Assembly (NCBI GenBank): GCA_963833985.1
Contig: CAWIAD010000002.1
Span: 4,512,001 to 4,576,000, forward strand
Direction: 5' to 3'
Origin: an uncultured Planctomycetaceae bacterium
Lineage (GTDB): Bacteria > Planctomycetota > Planctomycetia > Isosphaerales > Isosphaeraceae
DNA length: 64,000 bases
Positions 10,706 through 21,532 of this stretch are shown here, in pieces; position 1 is the first letter of the stretch; every line of letters begins with the position of its first letter. The notes under the pieces were generated by a model. That model did not search any database. It was not told the DNA's origin and saw only the letters and a list, made by a program, of their open reading frames with translations. The position numbers and the translations under genes are program-made.

Positions 10706-13524
10706 TCAGGCCGAGCCCGCCGCCAGCGCGGCCGCGATCACCTGGCCCGTGAGCGTGCCGGATCGCGCCACATCCTCGGGGCTGCCGGCGGCGACGACCC
10801 GCCCTCCCTCGGGACCCGGTCCGGGGCCCAGGTCGATGATCCAGTCGGCGCAGACCAGCAGTTCGGGGCTGTGCTCGATGACGATCACCGAATGCCCGCG
10901 ATCCACCAGCAGGTTGAGCGCAGCAATCAGCCTGAGCGTGTCAAAGGGGTGCAGACCGGCGCTGGGCTCATCGAGCAGGTAGAGCGTGTGTGCGGCGGTG
11001 CCCGCTCGATTCAGCACAGCGGTGGAGCTTCCCAGGAACGCCGCCAGCCTGAGCCGTTGCGCCTCGCCGCCGGAGAGCGTGGCCGCCGGCTGCCCCAACC
11101 GCAGATAGTCCAGGCCGATGTCCATGAGCGAACGCAGCCGGGCCTGAATCTTGCGCCGATGACGGAAGAAGACGAATGCCTCGCGCGCCGTCAGCTCGAG
11201 GACCTCGGCGATGTTCCGCCCGCGATAGGTGACTTCCAGGACCTCGGGGCGGTAACGCGTGCCCCGGCACTCGGGACAGCGCATCTGCACGTCGGGCAGG
11301 AACTGCATGTCGATGGTCAGAAGCCCCTCGCCATGACATTTTTCGCAGCGCCCGCCCTCGACGTTGAAGCTGAACCGCCCCGCACCGTAGTTCCGCAGCC
11401 GGGCCTCATGGGTCGCCGCGAAGGTGCGCCGGATCTCGTCGAAAACCTTCAGGTACGTCGCCGGGTTCGACCGTCCCGAACGGCCGATCGGCGTCTGGTC
11501 CAGGAACACGACGTCCGTGAGGTCGCCCACTCCGTCAAGACTATCGAATTCCGCCGTGGGCAGCGTCTGGCGATGCAGCCTCTGGCGGAGCGCGGGGTAG
11601 AGCGTCTGCTCCACGAGGGTGCTCTTGCCCGCCCCGCTGACTCCCGTGACGGCGCAGAGGACGCCCAGCGGAAAGGCCGCGTTGACGGACCGGAGATGAT
11701 GGCCACGCGCCCCGCGGAGCGTGAGCAGGCCGCGTGTCGCCGCGCGCCGCGAGGACGGGATCTCGACCCGCTTGCGGCCGGCCAGGAAATCGCCGGTGAG
11801 GGAATTCTTCACCTCGGCCAGGCCGCCCAGCGACCCGCCATACAGCAGTTCCCCGCCCGAGGTGCCGGCGCCGGGGCCCAGGTCCACCAGGTGATCGGCC
11901 GCCTGAAGGATCGTGCGGTCGTGCTCCACGACGACCAGCGTGTTGCCGGCGTCGCGCAGCCGGCCAAGGACCGCGATCAGCCGGCCAACCTCGTTGGCAT
12001 GCAGGCCAATGGTCGGCTCGTCCAGGACATAAAGCGTGTTCACCAGGCCGGAGCGCAGCGTCCGCGCCATCGCGACCCGGCGCAGCTCGCCGCTGGAGAG
12101 CGTCCGGCCGGCCCGGGCGAGCGACAGGTAATCCAGGCCGATCTCACCCAGGGTCTCCAGCCGCCCGGAAAGCTGGTCGAGGACCCGCGCCGCCACCGCT
12201 CCGCGGTCCTGTGCCCGCCACTCCGCCGCCAGCCGGCGCGCTGCACCGATCGGCAGGGCCGAGAACTCGGCGATATTCATCCCGCCCATGCGCACCGCCA
12301 GCGCCTCCGGCCGCAACCGCGCTCCATGACAGGCAGGACAGGGTCCTTGCCGGCTCCAGCGGGCCAGGAACGCCTGCACCGCCAGTTTCCATGCCTTCCG
12401 CTCCAGCCGCTCCAGGAACCCTCTCACTCCCGCGAAGCCAGCCTCCGGCCGGCCCTCGATCACCGTCTGGACCTGCCCGGGTGCCAGCTGGCGGAAGGGA
12501 ACACTCACCGGCACATCGAGCTCGGGCGCCCACTTCAGCAGTTCATCGAGACGGGACCGGTGCGCCGGGGTGGACCACGGGGCGATCGCGCCCTCGCGGA
12601 GCGACCGTGCCTGATCGGGGACGATCCGCTCCAGGTCCAGCTCGATACCCGTGCCGGTCCCCTCGCAGAGCGGGCAAGCGCCCAGGGGGTTGCTGAACCG
12701 GAAGAGGTTGATGGCCGGCTCGATGTGGTCGGTACCGCAAACGCCACACCGCCAGCCGCGCACGAACGTCTCGCGCCGGCATCAGTGAGTAGCCGGCAGC
12801 GGCCCATGCCGCGCGTGAATGCGGTCTCGATGGAATCGAGCCGGCGTCCGGGCGGATCCTTGCCGCGCACCAGGCGATCGACGATCACGTCGGCCAGCAG
12901 CGGCGCACCGGAATCTGACGGTGCCGGGAGTCCCTCGGATGCCAGGTCGATGAGCCGGCCGTCGAGGCGCGCGCGGGTGAGGCCGTCCTCGATCAGCGCG
13001 CGCGCCAGCGCCGCCGGATCCGTGCCCGGCAGCAGCTCCAGCGGAAACGCGACCTCGTAGCGCGCACCTTCCGCAAGCTCGTCGACGGCCCGCGCGACAA
13101 GTTGGGGCGTGGCGGGGACGACCCGGTGGCCGCAGTTCCGGCAGAACACCTCGCCGGCCCGAGCAAAAAGCAGGCAAAGGTCGTTGTGGACCTCGGAGAT
13201 CGTGCCAACCGTGCTGCGCACCGAGGGGAGCGATTCGCGGCCGGCCACCGCGATGGCCGGCGGGATGCTCTCGATCCGCTCGGCGTCGGGTTTTTCGAGG
13301 GGCTCGAGGAACTGCCGGGCATAGGCCGAGAAGGTCTCGACGTAGCGCCTTTGCCCCTCCGCATAGAGCGTGTCGAACGCCAGCGAGCTCTTCCCTGCCC
13401 CGCTCACCCCGGTGATGACGATCCACTTCCCCAGGGGCAGGTCCAGATCGAACCCCTTGAGGTTATGGGTCCTCACCTGGCGCAGGCGGATGGCGGCAAG
13501 CGGATGAGTGGGAGCCATTGACAC
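10706..13524 (-). CDS. uvrA: excinuclease ABC subunit A paralog; apparent frameshift near 12770
   Basis: HNLKGFDLDLP, GVSGAGKSSLAFDTLYAEGQRRYVE, second Walker A GVSGAGKST, TLSGGEAQR, Zn fingers CEKCHGEG and CPECRG. Confidence 0.93.
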
Positions 13525-13655
13525 GTGAAAGACTCATCACGAGATCAGGCGCAGTCCCACGACCCCGCGGAACGTGCTACTTGCGTTGGGAGCGAGCGTG
13601 CGGCTTTCGTCATCACCCATACCGCACTGAATCCGGTCGCATGCGCGGTTCAGAC

Positions 13656-13739
13656 TCAGGACCGACTTGACCAGTAGCCAGGTAGCCGCCCGGGATGAGC
13701 CAGGGCTTCCGCCTCGCGATGAGGAGCGACCTCAGCCAC
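13656..13739 (-). pseudogene. internally deleted RelE/ParE-type toxin remnant (27 aa)
   Basis: Overlaps the antitoxin stop. Reads MAEVAPHREAEA-LAHPGRLPGYWSSRS*, which is a ParE-like N-terminus joined directly to the AHxxRxPGYW C-terminus. Confidence 0.65.
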
Positions 13740-13983
13740 TCGACCGTTCCTCCAAGCGTCGTCGGACTCGCTGCCGGACGACATGCCAGGGGCCGGAGAG
13801 GACCGCACCAGTCTTGATCTCGTTCGCGCGGCGAGCGATTTCGCTCAACCACGCGGGGTCAAACGGCAGTGGATTCGATTCGTCCTGTGTTGCCAGAAGT
13901 GCTTCAGCCAGTTCCACACGCGCCTCTTCAGGCAAGGCCAACGCGGCTTGAAAGACTTGTTCGATCGCGGGATCCATCGGCAT
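13732..13983 (-). CDS. addiction-module antitoxin (TIGR02574-like)
   Basis: MDPAIEQVFQAALALPEEARVELAEALL...AWLSEIARRANEIKTG...PWHVVR. GGAGG RBS. Confidence 0.8.
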   Translation of the reverse strand: MPMDPAIEQVFQAALALPEEARVELAEALLATQDESNPLPFDPAWLSEIARRANEIKTGAVLSGPWHVVRQRVRRRLEERSSG

Positions 13984-14177
13984 GCCGCCCTCCCAGGGGG
14001 TCTCCGTTCTCGTCAAGACGATTCTACGAAGTCGCACGGCCGTGGTCGAGCCCGCCGGCTGATGCCGGGCCTTGACGTGAGATTCTTGAGACTTGACGAG
14101 TGCAATGGACGCCACCCTCAAGTCGGGTGGAATTGTACTGTACCGCGACCGGCGGCCGCGCGATGTCGACAATCGTC

Positions 14178-15173
14178 CTACCACTTCCAGCGAGAGCGCC
14201 ACCAGAGGATGCCGCCCGCAATGAGAATCGCCAGGCCAAGGGTGAGTGACGCCGCCGGAAGCCTGTCGGACCATGAGGCGGCCGGCTCGGCGCGAATCGG
14301 CTGTGCGGCCGACTGGGTGCGACTCTCCACGTTCACAGAAGTTCGTGGGTCTTTCGGACCGGCGGCTTTCTTGTGAACCGCATCGATAAGGGTCGCGTTC
14401 GAGTCGATCTTGGGCCAGAACATCGCCTTGGGGTAATCGCGGTTGAAGTGCAGTTCTTCAACTTGTGTTGTCGTACTCAGCACAGCAGCCGACGGCCCTG
14501 AGCTCGTGCCGTGAAGGATCAGCTCCGATGTCATCGGGAACAAGTGCCCCTCGATGTTCTGAAGGGACTTCGCGGTCCAGGCTGTGCGGGGCCTTTCCGC
14601 TGTACGAGCGACATCATCGGCATAGTACTTAACTTGGACCGGGGTCGAAGTCGAACGGTCAAGAACGTACACCGCGACAGGCGTGGACCCTAGGCTCGCG
14701 TCGACGATGAGGAACGCATCACAGTCGCGATCGAGATGACGGCGCTCGCCCAGGAACGAGGCCGTCCGAAGAGCCTGGTGAAGAGGGCGCGGGCCCACGT
14801 AGTAATAGGAGAGAGGCTCGGGGCACCAATGACAACGCATTTGGCGCTCGATCCCGAAATCGCGCTTGATGTAGACAAACTGCCTTGTCTCGCCCTCAGC
14901 CGTGGGCTCTTTCTCGTCCGCGCAGTCCTTGCCGTTGCAATAGTAGATCCAGCGTTCTTGAGGGGCTCCGGTCGGAACGGTGTGCCGCTCGAAGCGTCGC
15001 TCGCCCGCGTTCGTTTCGATGTAACGGACAAAAAAGTCGGCCGCCTCGAAAGCGCCGGGGTCAGGGCTGGCCCCTGAGTTGATAAGTCGGTCGTGGGTCC
15101 GTATTTCGATCGACCTGAAACTCTGCATCTCCCAGGCGAGAGTCTCGGCGGCCCGTACAGCGGGATGTTCCAT
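14178..15173 (-). CDS. hypothetical beta-rich (LolA-like?) protein with C-terminal TM anchor and basic tail
   Basis: GGAGA RBS before ATG at 15173. Pattern HLFPM...VEELHFNRDYPKAMF. Ends LTLGLAILIAGGILWWRSRWKW. Confidence 0.65.
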   Translation of the reverse strand: MEHPAVRAAETLAWEMQSFRSIEIRTHDRLINSGASPDPGAFEAADFFVRYIETNAGERRFERHTVPTGAPQERWIYYCNGKDCADEKEPTAEGETRQFVYIKRDFGIERQMRCHWCPEPLSYYYVGPRPLHQALRTASFLGERRHLDRDCDAFLIVDASLGSTPVAVYVLDRSTSTPVQVKYYADDVARTAERPRTAWTAKSLQNIEGHLFPMTSELILHGTSSGPSAAVLSTTTQVEELHFNRDYPKAMFWPKIDSNATLIDAVHKKAAGPKDPRTSVNVESRTQSAAQPIRAEPAASWSDRLPAASLTLGLAILIAGGILWWRSRWKW

Positions 15174-15277
15174 GTGGGGTTTCTCCGGCATCCACATCTC
15201 CTGGCGAGAAGCCCAAGGACTTCCAAGGGCCCTGGTCTGGGCGTTGCTCTGCAACCACCTGCTCCCCGTAAGACCCG

Positions 15278-15646
15278 CTAAAAGCTGGCGTAGTAAGTCG
15301 CGTAACAGTAATTCATTTGCGTGTACGGTGGAGCGCAAAGGAAATACGGGCCGCACTGCCATTGCTGATCCGTGCACGTTGATGAGGGATTCATTACCCG
15401 CGTGCAGAGGCCGAAGCTCGTGTAGGGCGGCTGTACGTTGCCGTACTGGCAGCCCCAGCCGGCTGGGCTCGCGTTTGTAGGACAGAAGTAGCACGATGGG
15501 CTGCCCGTTCCCCGAATCATGTTGGTGAGCGGGCCGTTCGGCGATCCGATGGCTTGGCCGAGCGACGGCCGCTGGTACAGCGAGGTATGGACCACGACCA
15601 GCGCGCACATGGTCACGCAAAGGGCGAGTGAGATTGGACGCTTCAT
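15278..15646 (-). CDS. secreted Cys-rich small protein (122 aa)
   Basis: GGAG RBS, signal-peptide-like MKRPISLALCVTMCALVVV, and eight Cys in the region after NMIRG. Confidence 0.7.
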   Translation of the reverse strand: MKRPISLALCVTMCALVVVHTSLYQRPSLGQAIGSPNGPLTNMIRGTGSPSCYFCPTNASPAGWGCQYGNVQPPYTSFGLCTRVMNPSSTCTDQQWQCGPYFLCAPPYTQMNYCYATYYASF

Positions 15647-15716
15647 GGCGGGCTCCAAGGAAGAAGTAGGCCGAGTCAGGGTCAGGAAAAGGACGGCGCA
15701 TCGCGTATTCCAACGT

Positions 15717-16758
15717 TCAAAGCGCATCCGCCGAGACGACTTCGCCGCCTGCGCGTACCGAGTGATCGCCAGACGGCCGGGTTGACGCCGGAGGCGAACC
15801 AGCGGACCGATCCGTCGGCCATCGCTGCGTTGACTCCTCCAGGATGGGCACTTCGGGCAGCGAAGACTCCCATGCCGTTACCACTCAAAATGCCACAGTC
15901 AGGAATGCGGGAGTTTGGCGGCGCTGAAAGCATGAAGCTCGTGTACACGGCGCCATAAAACATCCACCCCCTGCCGGCGCTCGTTCGACCTTGCTGGGAC
16001 GCGTACGATTCAGTACACACCGCGACCCAGTCGTCCGCTGAAACCGGTATGGGCGTTGGTGCCACGTCGATCCAGTCCCGAATCGAACTATAGGAGCCGG
16101 CCCCCGACCCGATACTCTTCTCTGAAAGGGAGATCGTGTTCGAGAGACCATCGCGAAAGCTCGACGCCGGGACGGGTGTCCCGTTCACGGTGAAGGCACC
16201 CGACTCGACGTACTGTTTGCCAGGCTGGGGTGGATTTCCAACCGGCACAATCGTCCAATCCCCTAGCCCCATGTTGGCCCGGTAGCTATTGCATCCCAGC
16301 GGATCGGCGTCCTGGTATGGATCAGATGGGCAGAGAAAGACCGCCACGCTTCGCGTCGCCGCCGTCATGTTCTCGGCGGTCAGGTTGTCAGGTTCCTGGA
16401 ACGGAATCATGAAGTTGATCGAGCTGAAAAGGGGCTGCTCTTCGAGGTATGGCAGCAGCGTCGCGTGGACGGACGTGTCGCTGAATTGATATCTCGTGGG
16501 TCCGATGTACTGGTACCGTGTCGCGCTGGGGAAAGCGCCGTGGTCGGCCTCGAAGTGGGCAAGGGCCGACGCCATCTGCCTGAGGTTGTTCGCGCACGCG
16601 GACCGCCGCGCGGCCTCCCGCGCCGACTGAACGGCTGGCAGCGTGAGCCCGATCACGATCAACAGTATTCCAATCACCACGAGCATCTCGATCAGCGTGA
16701 AGCCGGTCCGGTGCCTGCCGCGGAAACGCAAGAAACTGGTCGGCCCCCCTCCACTCAT
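15717..16758 (-). CDS. DUF1559 family prepilin-type N-methylation protein; indel near 15752
   Basis: [56 protein letters not shown] (H-X9-DG). Canonical end GGEVVSADAL* is in a shifted frame. Confidence 0.9.
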
Positions 16759-16764
16759 AAGACA

Positions 16765-17859
16765 TCACCCTTTCACGCGGATCATGACCGGAACGCCGAT
16801 GAAGTGGCCGGGGTCACGGTCGGTCCAGGCCCTGAGCGTATAGACCTGGGTCTTCAAGGGCGCGCCCGGCTTGAGCCGAACATCAAAATGGTCCGGGCCG
16901 CCAGAGGTCTCCTTCGCCACGGGTTCAACGATCAGCGGCGGATCTTCGCCAGGCACCGGTGCGAGGTGAACCGCAACACCTGAATGCCTTGCTTGAATGA
17001 GCACACGGGCCGCGCGCGAGGTATCCGCCTGCGCTTCGAGGATCAGTCTGGAGGGCATCGACCTCAGCGGGCTCGTCGGCTCGCCTCTTGCTTCCACGAT
17101 CAGCTCGCGGCCTCGGTCCCATCCGTCAAGGACTCTGACGCGCCCAGCGAACCCTGCGGAGGGGGCCGACGGCTCTAGCCTTACGGGAAAGACGTAGTGC
17201 CTCACCACGTAACCGGTCTGACCGATCGGCACCTCGAAAACGTCGGGTTCTCCGACCGCGAGGTCAGGGAAGTCGGCTCCTACTACTGGAGTCTTACCCG
17301 GCGCCATGGGTTCGACGGCCGCCACGTCGATTTCCCGGGACGATTCACCGGGAGCGTCATCCCAGCGAAAGTTCAAGTCTCCGGACACGGTCAGGACGTA
17401 GGGAGGCCTTCGTGAGCCGAAAAGATGGACCTTGAGCCCAATGCGCGGCGACAATGCCGAGTCGGTCTCGACCGTGATGGGCACCGTCTTGACGCCCCAC
17501 TCAAAGGGGATGACGTGGACCGAAAGGATGCATTGCGCGTAGGGAGCGACCTGAGGTTCACTGACCTTTGGAGACGCGCACCCGCACCCGCTTTCCACCG
17601 ATCGGATGCGCACCACTGAGCTTCCCAGGTTCGTAAGAACGAACTCGACCCTGCGGCCTGCCTCGTTCGGATCCGTCGATCTGATGGGATCGTCGCAGAA
17701 GTGGGTGAGTTCAAGGTGATCGGGAGCTAACCCCCCCCCCCGCGTTGCCCCCTCTCCCCGGAAGAGGGACCACCCGACGACGCAAGCACCGGCACACGCC
17801 GCGATCACGAACGGGATTCCGGCACGACGTTCGCGGAGACAAGTCCCTGAGGCAGGCAT
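16765..17859 (-). CDS. DUF1573 domain-containing protein
   Basis: N-terminal TM segment, FVLTNLGSSVVRIRSVESGCGCASP (DUF1573 CGC motif), GGAGG RBS. Confidence 0.75.
   Translation of the reverse strand: MPASGTCLRERRAGIPFVIAACAGACVVGWSLFRGEGATRGGGLAPDHLELTHFCDDPIRSTDPNEAGRRVEFVLTNLGSSVVRIRSVESGCGCASPKVSEPQVAPYAQCILSVHVIPFEWGVKTVPITVETDSALSPRIGLKVHLFGSRRPPYVLTVSGDLNFRWDDAPGESSREIDVAAVEPMAPGKTPVVGADFPDLAVGEPDVFEVPIGQTGYVVRHYVFPVRLEPSAPSAGFAGRVRVLDGWDRGRELIVEARGEPTSPLRSMPSRLILEAQADTSRAARVLIQARHSGVAVHLAPVPGEDPPLIVEPVAKETSGGPDHFDVRLKPGAPLKTQVYTLRAWTDRDPGHFIGVPVMIRVKG
17731..17741. repeat. C11 homopolymer (G11 on the coding strand) in the 5' part of the DUF1573 gene
   Basis: Eleven consecutive C at 17731-17741. 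Confidence 0.8.
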
Positions 17860-18062
17860 GCGCCACCTCCAGGCCCGAACGGATTCGAAAATGTTCTTCA
17901 ACAACAAGTACTATTCGAGGCCAGGGGGTAAGTCAACAAAAAAAGCGAAGCGGAAGGGATCGTATGAAATGAAAAGCTGCGAGCCAGGGGTTGCCCGGCT
18001 CGCAGCTTCCACCAGATGGTGAATCGGGAGGTCCGATGACCAGGGACTCGGGACACTTCAGA

Positions 18063-19899
18063 TCACGGATTATTCTTCCGCAGCGTGAACCCGGTGGACA
18101 TCAGGCCGTCCTCGTCGGACACGCTGTAGCTGCCGCCGAGCGTCAGGTACTTGGCGAAGACCGAGAAGTCCGGGAGCTTGTCGGGGTTGATGATCTGGGG
18201 GATCTCCGGCGCGGGTTGACCGCCGCGGCCGGCGGCCATGCCCTGGCGGATGGCCTTCTCGAACTGGCCGTTCTTGATCATGTCGTATGACAGCCGCGCC
18301 TGCTCGTCGGGACGGACGAACGTGGTGCCGCTGAGCTTCTGGGGAAGCTCCTTGGCGATGGTCAGGTACATGGGGCTTTCCGCCAGCGGCACTCCGCCGG
18401 GACGGAGCACCTGCTCCAGGAGCGTGGTGTCGGTGGTCACGAACAGGGTGTCCCTGGCCACGGCCACGCTGATGGGCCCCTTGATCGTCGCCTGGATATT
18501 CGCCCCGTTGTTGGGAAGGTTCGGCATGGGGACGTCGAAATCATAGATCGTGGTCCCCTGGAACTCGCGCTTCTTGGGAGACGCGCCGGCCAGCTCCATG
18601 ATCCGGGTGAGCGTGCTCTGGAACGCCTTGCTGTCTTCCAGGGCGATCCCCACGAGCATGCGCTGGCTGTCTTCCTTGATCGGCTTCTTGAAGTCGCTGA
18701 TCATGGTGATGCGGTCGCCCAGCGGGCCGAAGAGGTCTTTCTGGAAGCTCAGTGGCTGGCCGCCCTCGGGGCCGGCAAGCTGCTGCTCCAGCACGTTCAG
18801 CATGCCGGGCTGCGCCAGCTTGTTGACCAGGTCCTCGATGGCCTTGTAGGCGTTGTCAAGGTCCCAGCTCAGCGACTGGTAGCTGGCCACGGTGGCCGGC
18901 ACCCAAGATTCCGGACGCAGGCTCACCGGCGGGAACGAGAAGATCTTGAGCAAGCCCTGAACCGGAGACGGTGCGTAGAAGAACGTCTTCGTCAGGCTGT
19001 TGTAACTCCCGGCGCTCAGCGCCAGGGTGCCGCCAACCGACTTCAGCCCGTCCACACCCAGGGCCTGGATCAGGTTCTCGATCTGCTGGACCTGGGCATC
19101 GCCTCCCTTCACGCTGGCCTTGGTGACAAGCTTCACCACCTTGGCGACGTCGAGGAACCAGAGGATCTGGGCGTCACCCGCGCCGGTCTTCGACTGCGTC
19201 TTGGCGAAGGCCTCCACGTTGGCCAGGGCCCCGGTGCTGCGGCCGTCGGCGTGCGAAGCGATATCCTTGATCAGGTTGACGTTGCTGCCGATGTAGAACA
19301 CCGAGCCCAGGTTCGTCCAGACCAGCGGCGGGTGGGGCGCATCGGGCTTGCCCTCGTCTTCCTTCTTGTCCTTGGGAGGCGCCTGAATCACATGCAGGGT
19401 GCCGCCCTGGAAACCCTCGGTGCTCACCTTGCCGCCGGCATCCTCGGCCTGCTTGGTGCTGCGCGTCAGGATATCCGTCATCCGCTCGCTGTTCTTACCG
19501 GCATCGGCGATCACGGTCAGCGCCACCGGCATCTTCGGATCATCCTGGCTGACCGCCGCGATGGCCACTCCCCCCTGCGGAATATCGAAGAGGCTCTGAC
19601 AGCGTGACCCCGATCTTCTCCTTGAGCGAGTTGCTGGGCTTCTCCAGCTTGGCCGCGAGGTCGTCGCGGAAGTCTTTGAGGGCGGGATCGTTCCAGAGCT
19701 GACCATACTGGCACTGGCGGAACGCCTCGCGCAGCGCCTTGATATCGGCCACCTTGACGAAGAACACGGTCGAGTCGGGGAGGACACGTTCCGGGGGTGT
19801 CGCGGCCTGGGCGAGATTCGCCATCAGTCCGGAGCCCGCAGCAAGACCAAGACCAGCAACGAGGGCCAGGCGAAGAATCGCCCGCTTCGCCATACGCAT
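18063..19899 (-). CDS. secreted planctomycete protein, DUF3352-like; indel near 19597
   Basis: Signal peptide followed by ATPPERVLPDSTVFFV. Continues in the 18063-19787 frame with strong codon bias. Confidence 0.75.
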
Positions 19900-20146
19900 C
19901 ACTTGCATCTCCAATCCAGTCACTCCGCGGCTCACCGGCCGTGGGAACGTCTTCTCGCCTCCGACCAACCGGGTCGGGTGGGCATTGGCTTTCCAGGCTC
20001 CAAGCCTGGAAGATCGCCGACGGTGACCGGCGAGCCCGTCTTTCGTGAAAGCATCTTGCAGGCAATCATATCCTTTGGCAATGGGAACCGCTTCCGGTTC
20101 ATGAGCGCGCCGGAGGGAAATCTCCGTCGTCTCCAATCGTCTCGAA

Positions 20147-21217
20147 CTATCGGGTTGGCGGAGAGGCGGACGCTGGCGGCTTGGCGGCGCTGATGGCGCC
20201 GGGCGGTGGTTGCTGGGAGCCCCGTGACCGGATGAGCCCCTGAGGTGGGCCGGGACGCAATCGCCGCGGCGGGTCAAGATAGCGGTAGCCGCTATTGGGG
20301 TTGGTCTTGTCGAAGGAAAACGCCTCGCGATGCCGGAGGAAATCCTTCACGTAGGCGACTGGAATCGCAAACCCGAGATTGTCGGCCATGTCGGCGCGGG
20401 CACCCCGGCTGGTGACGCCGATGACCTCGCCGCGCTGATTGAACAGCGGGCCTCCGGAATTGCCCGGGTTGATCGCGGTATCGGTCTGCAAGTACAGCTG
20501 GCCCTGAAGGTTCCGGCTACGGCTGCTGACAATGCCCTGCGTCACCGACCGCTCCAGGCCCAGGGGGTTGCCCACGGCGAAGACCGCATCACCCGTATTG
20601 ACGTCTTCTCCATTACCCAGGACCACGTGGCTCGGTTTCAGGTCGGCGGGAAGAGGCAGCTTGATGAGAGCCAGGTCGAAGAACGGGTTGATCGCCACGA
20701 TCTCGACGTCTTCCACCCGCCGCCGGTTCAGCCCGCCAGACACGTTCTGGTAGAGGATCGCGGACACCCGGGTCTCTCCCTGGATCACGTGCGCGTTGGT
20801 GATCGCGAATCCGTCCTTGTTGATGAGAAACCCCGAACCCTTGCCGGAGGGCGTTTCTATGGAGATGACGGCCTCGCCAAACCGGGAGACCAGCTCCTTC
20901 ACCGGCGACGGCCGCAGCATGCCCGTGGAGAAGAAACCGGACGGGTCGATCTCCGTCGCCGACGCCGCCGGAGCCGCACGCATGGCCTCGTCCAGCTTGG
21001 CCCGCCGCACCACCTGGTCGCGCGGAATTCGTAAGAGGTCGTAGCCCAGGTCCACGTACAGGGCGTTCTGCTTCTCGGCAACAACTTCGCCCGTCACCCG
21101 CTGGCCGTCCTTGAGGATCAGCGTCTCGAAGCCGCCCGCCAGGGCACACGGCGCCAGGAGCCAGAGGACGCCGGTCGCCGCCAGGATTCTCGGTACACCC
21201 ATCGACTCTCGATTCAT
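20147..21217 (-). CDS. secreted trypsin-like serine protease (S1C, no PDZ domain)
   Basis: GSGF, TNAHV, FDLALIK, AVGNPLGL, TDTAINPGNSGGPL. Signal peptide present. Confidence 0.92.
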   Translation of the reverse strand: MNRESMGVPRILAATGVLWLLAPCALAGGFETLILKDGQRVTGEVVAEKQNALYVDLGYDLLRIPRDQVVRRAKLDEAMRAAPAASATEIDPSGFFSTGMLRPSPVKELVSRFGEAVISIETPSGKGSGFLINKDGFAITNAHVIQGETRVSAILYQNVSGGLNRRRVEDVEIVAINPFFDLALIKLPLPADLKPSHVVLGNGEDVNTGDAVFAVGNPLGLERSVTQGIVSSRSRNLQGQLYLQTDTAINPGNSGGPLFNQRGEVIGVTSRGARADMADNLGFAIPVAYVKDFLRHREAFSFDKTNPNSGYRYLDPPRRLRPGPPQGLIRSRGSQQPPPGAISAAKPPASASPPTR

Positions 21218-21532
21218 CACCTGGAAGTCGTCTGAACTTGCCAAACCGTTTCGCTCGGCGCAGCACTATTGTAAAATACGGCGGAATCCTTTCAACCCTG
21301 CGCGGAAGTTGTTTGTGCGACTGCCTTCAGCGCATTCTTCGGGTAAGTTTGCATGAACTACCTCGGTTTACTATTTTACCAGAAGAAGTGGGGAAAGAAG
21401 AGGGCTTGACGGGGGCCCGGGATTAACGCATTGTTCCGAAGCCGCAAGACTCTGTTTCATCACATCCGTCCGAGCGAGTCGTCATCACCTCTTCTGGAAT
21501 CTCGGCTCAACATGGCCTGGGGAGATCGTTCC

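Noticed and set aside
5108..13060. Long plus-strand ORFs (5108-7123, 7469-8728, 10679-13060) and similar antisense ORFs elsewhere
   Set aside because: They are shadow frames of well-supported opposite-strand genes, as expected in high-GC DNA, and carry no recognisable motifs.
15174..15713. N-terminal extension of the 511-aa ORF 14178-15713
   Set aside because: It overlaps the Cys-rich gene in another frame, and an RBS-supported ATG exists at 15173.
13656..17950. Island as an autonomous mobile element
   Set aside because: No integrase, transposase, terminal repeats or flanking tRNA were seen.
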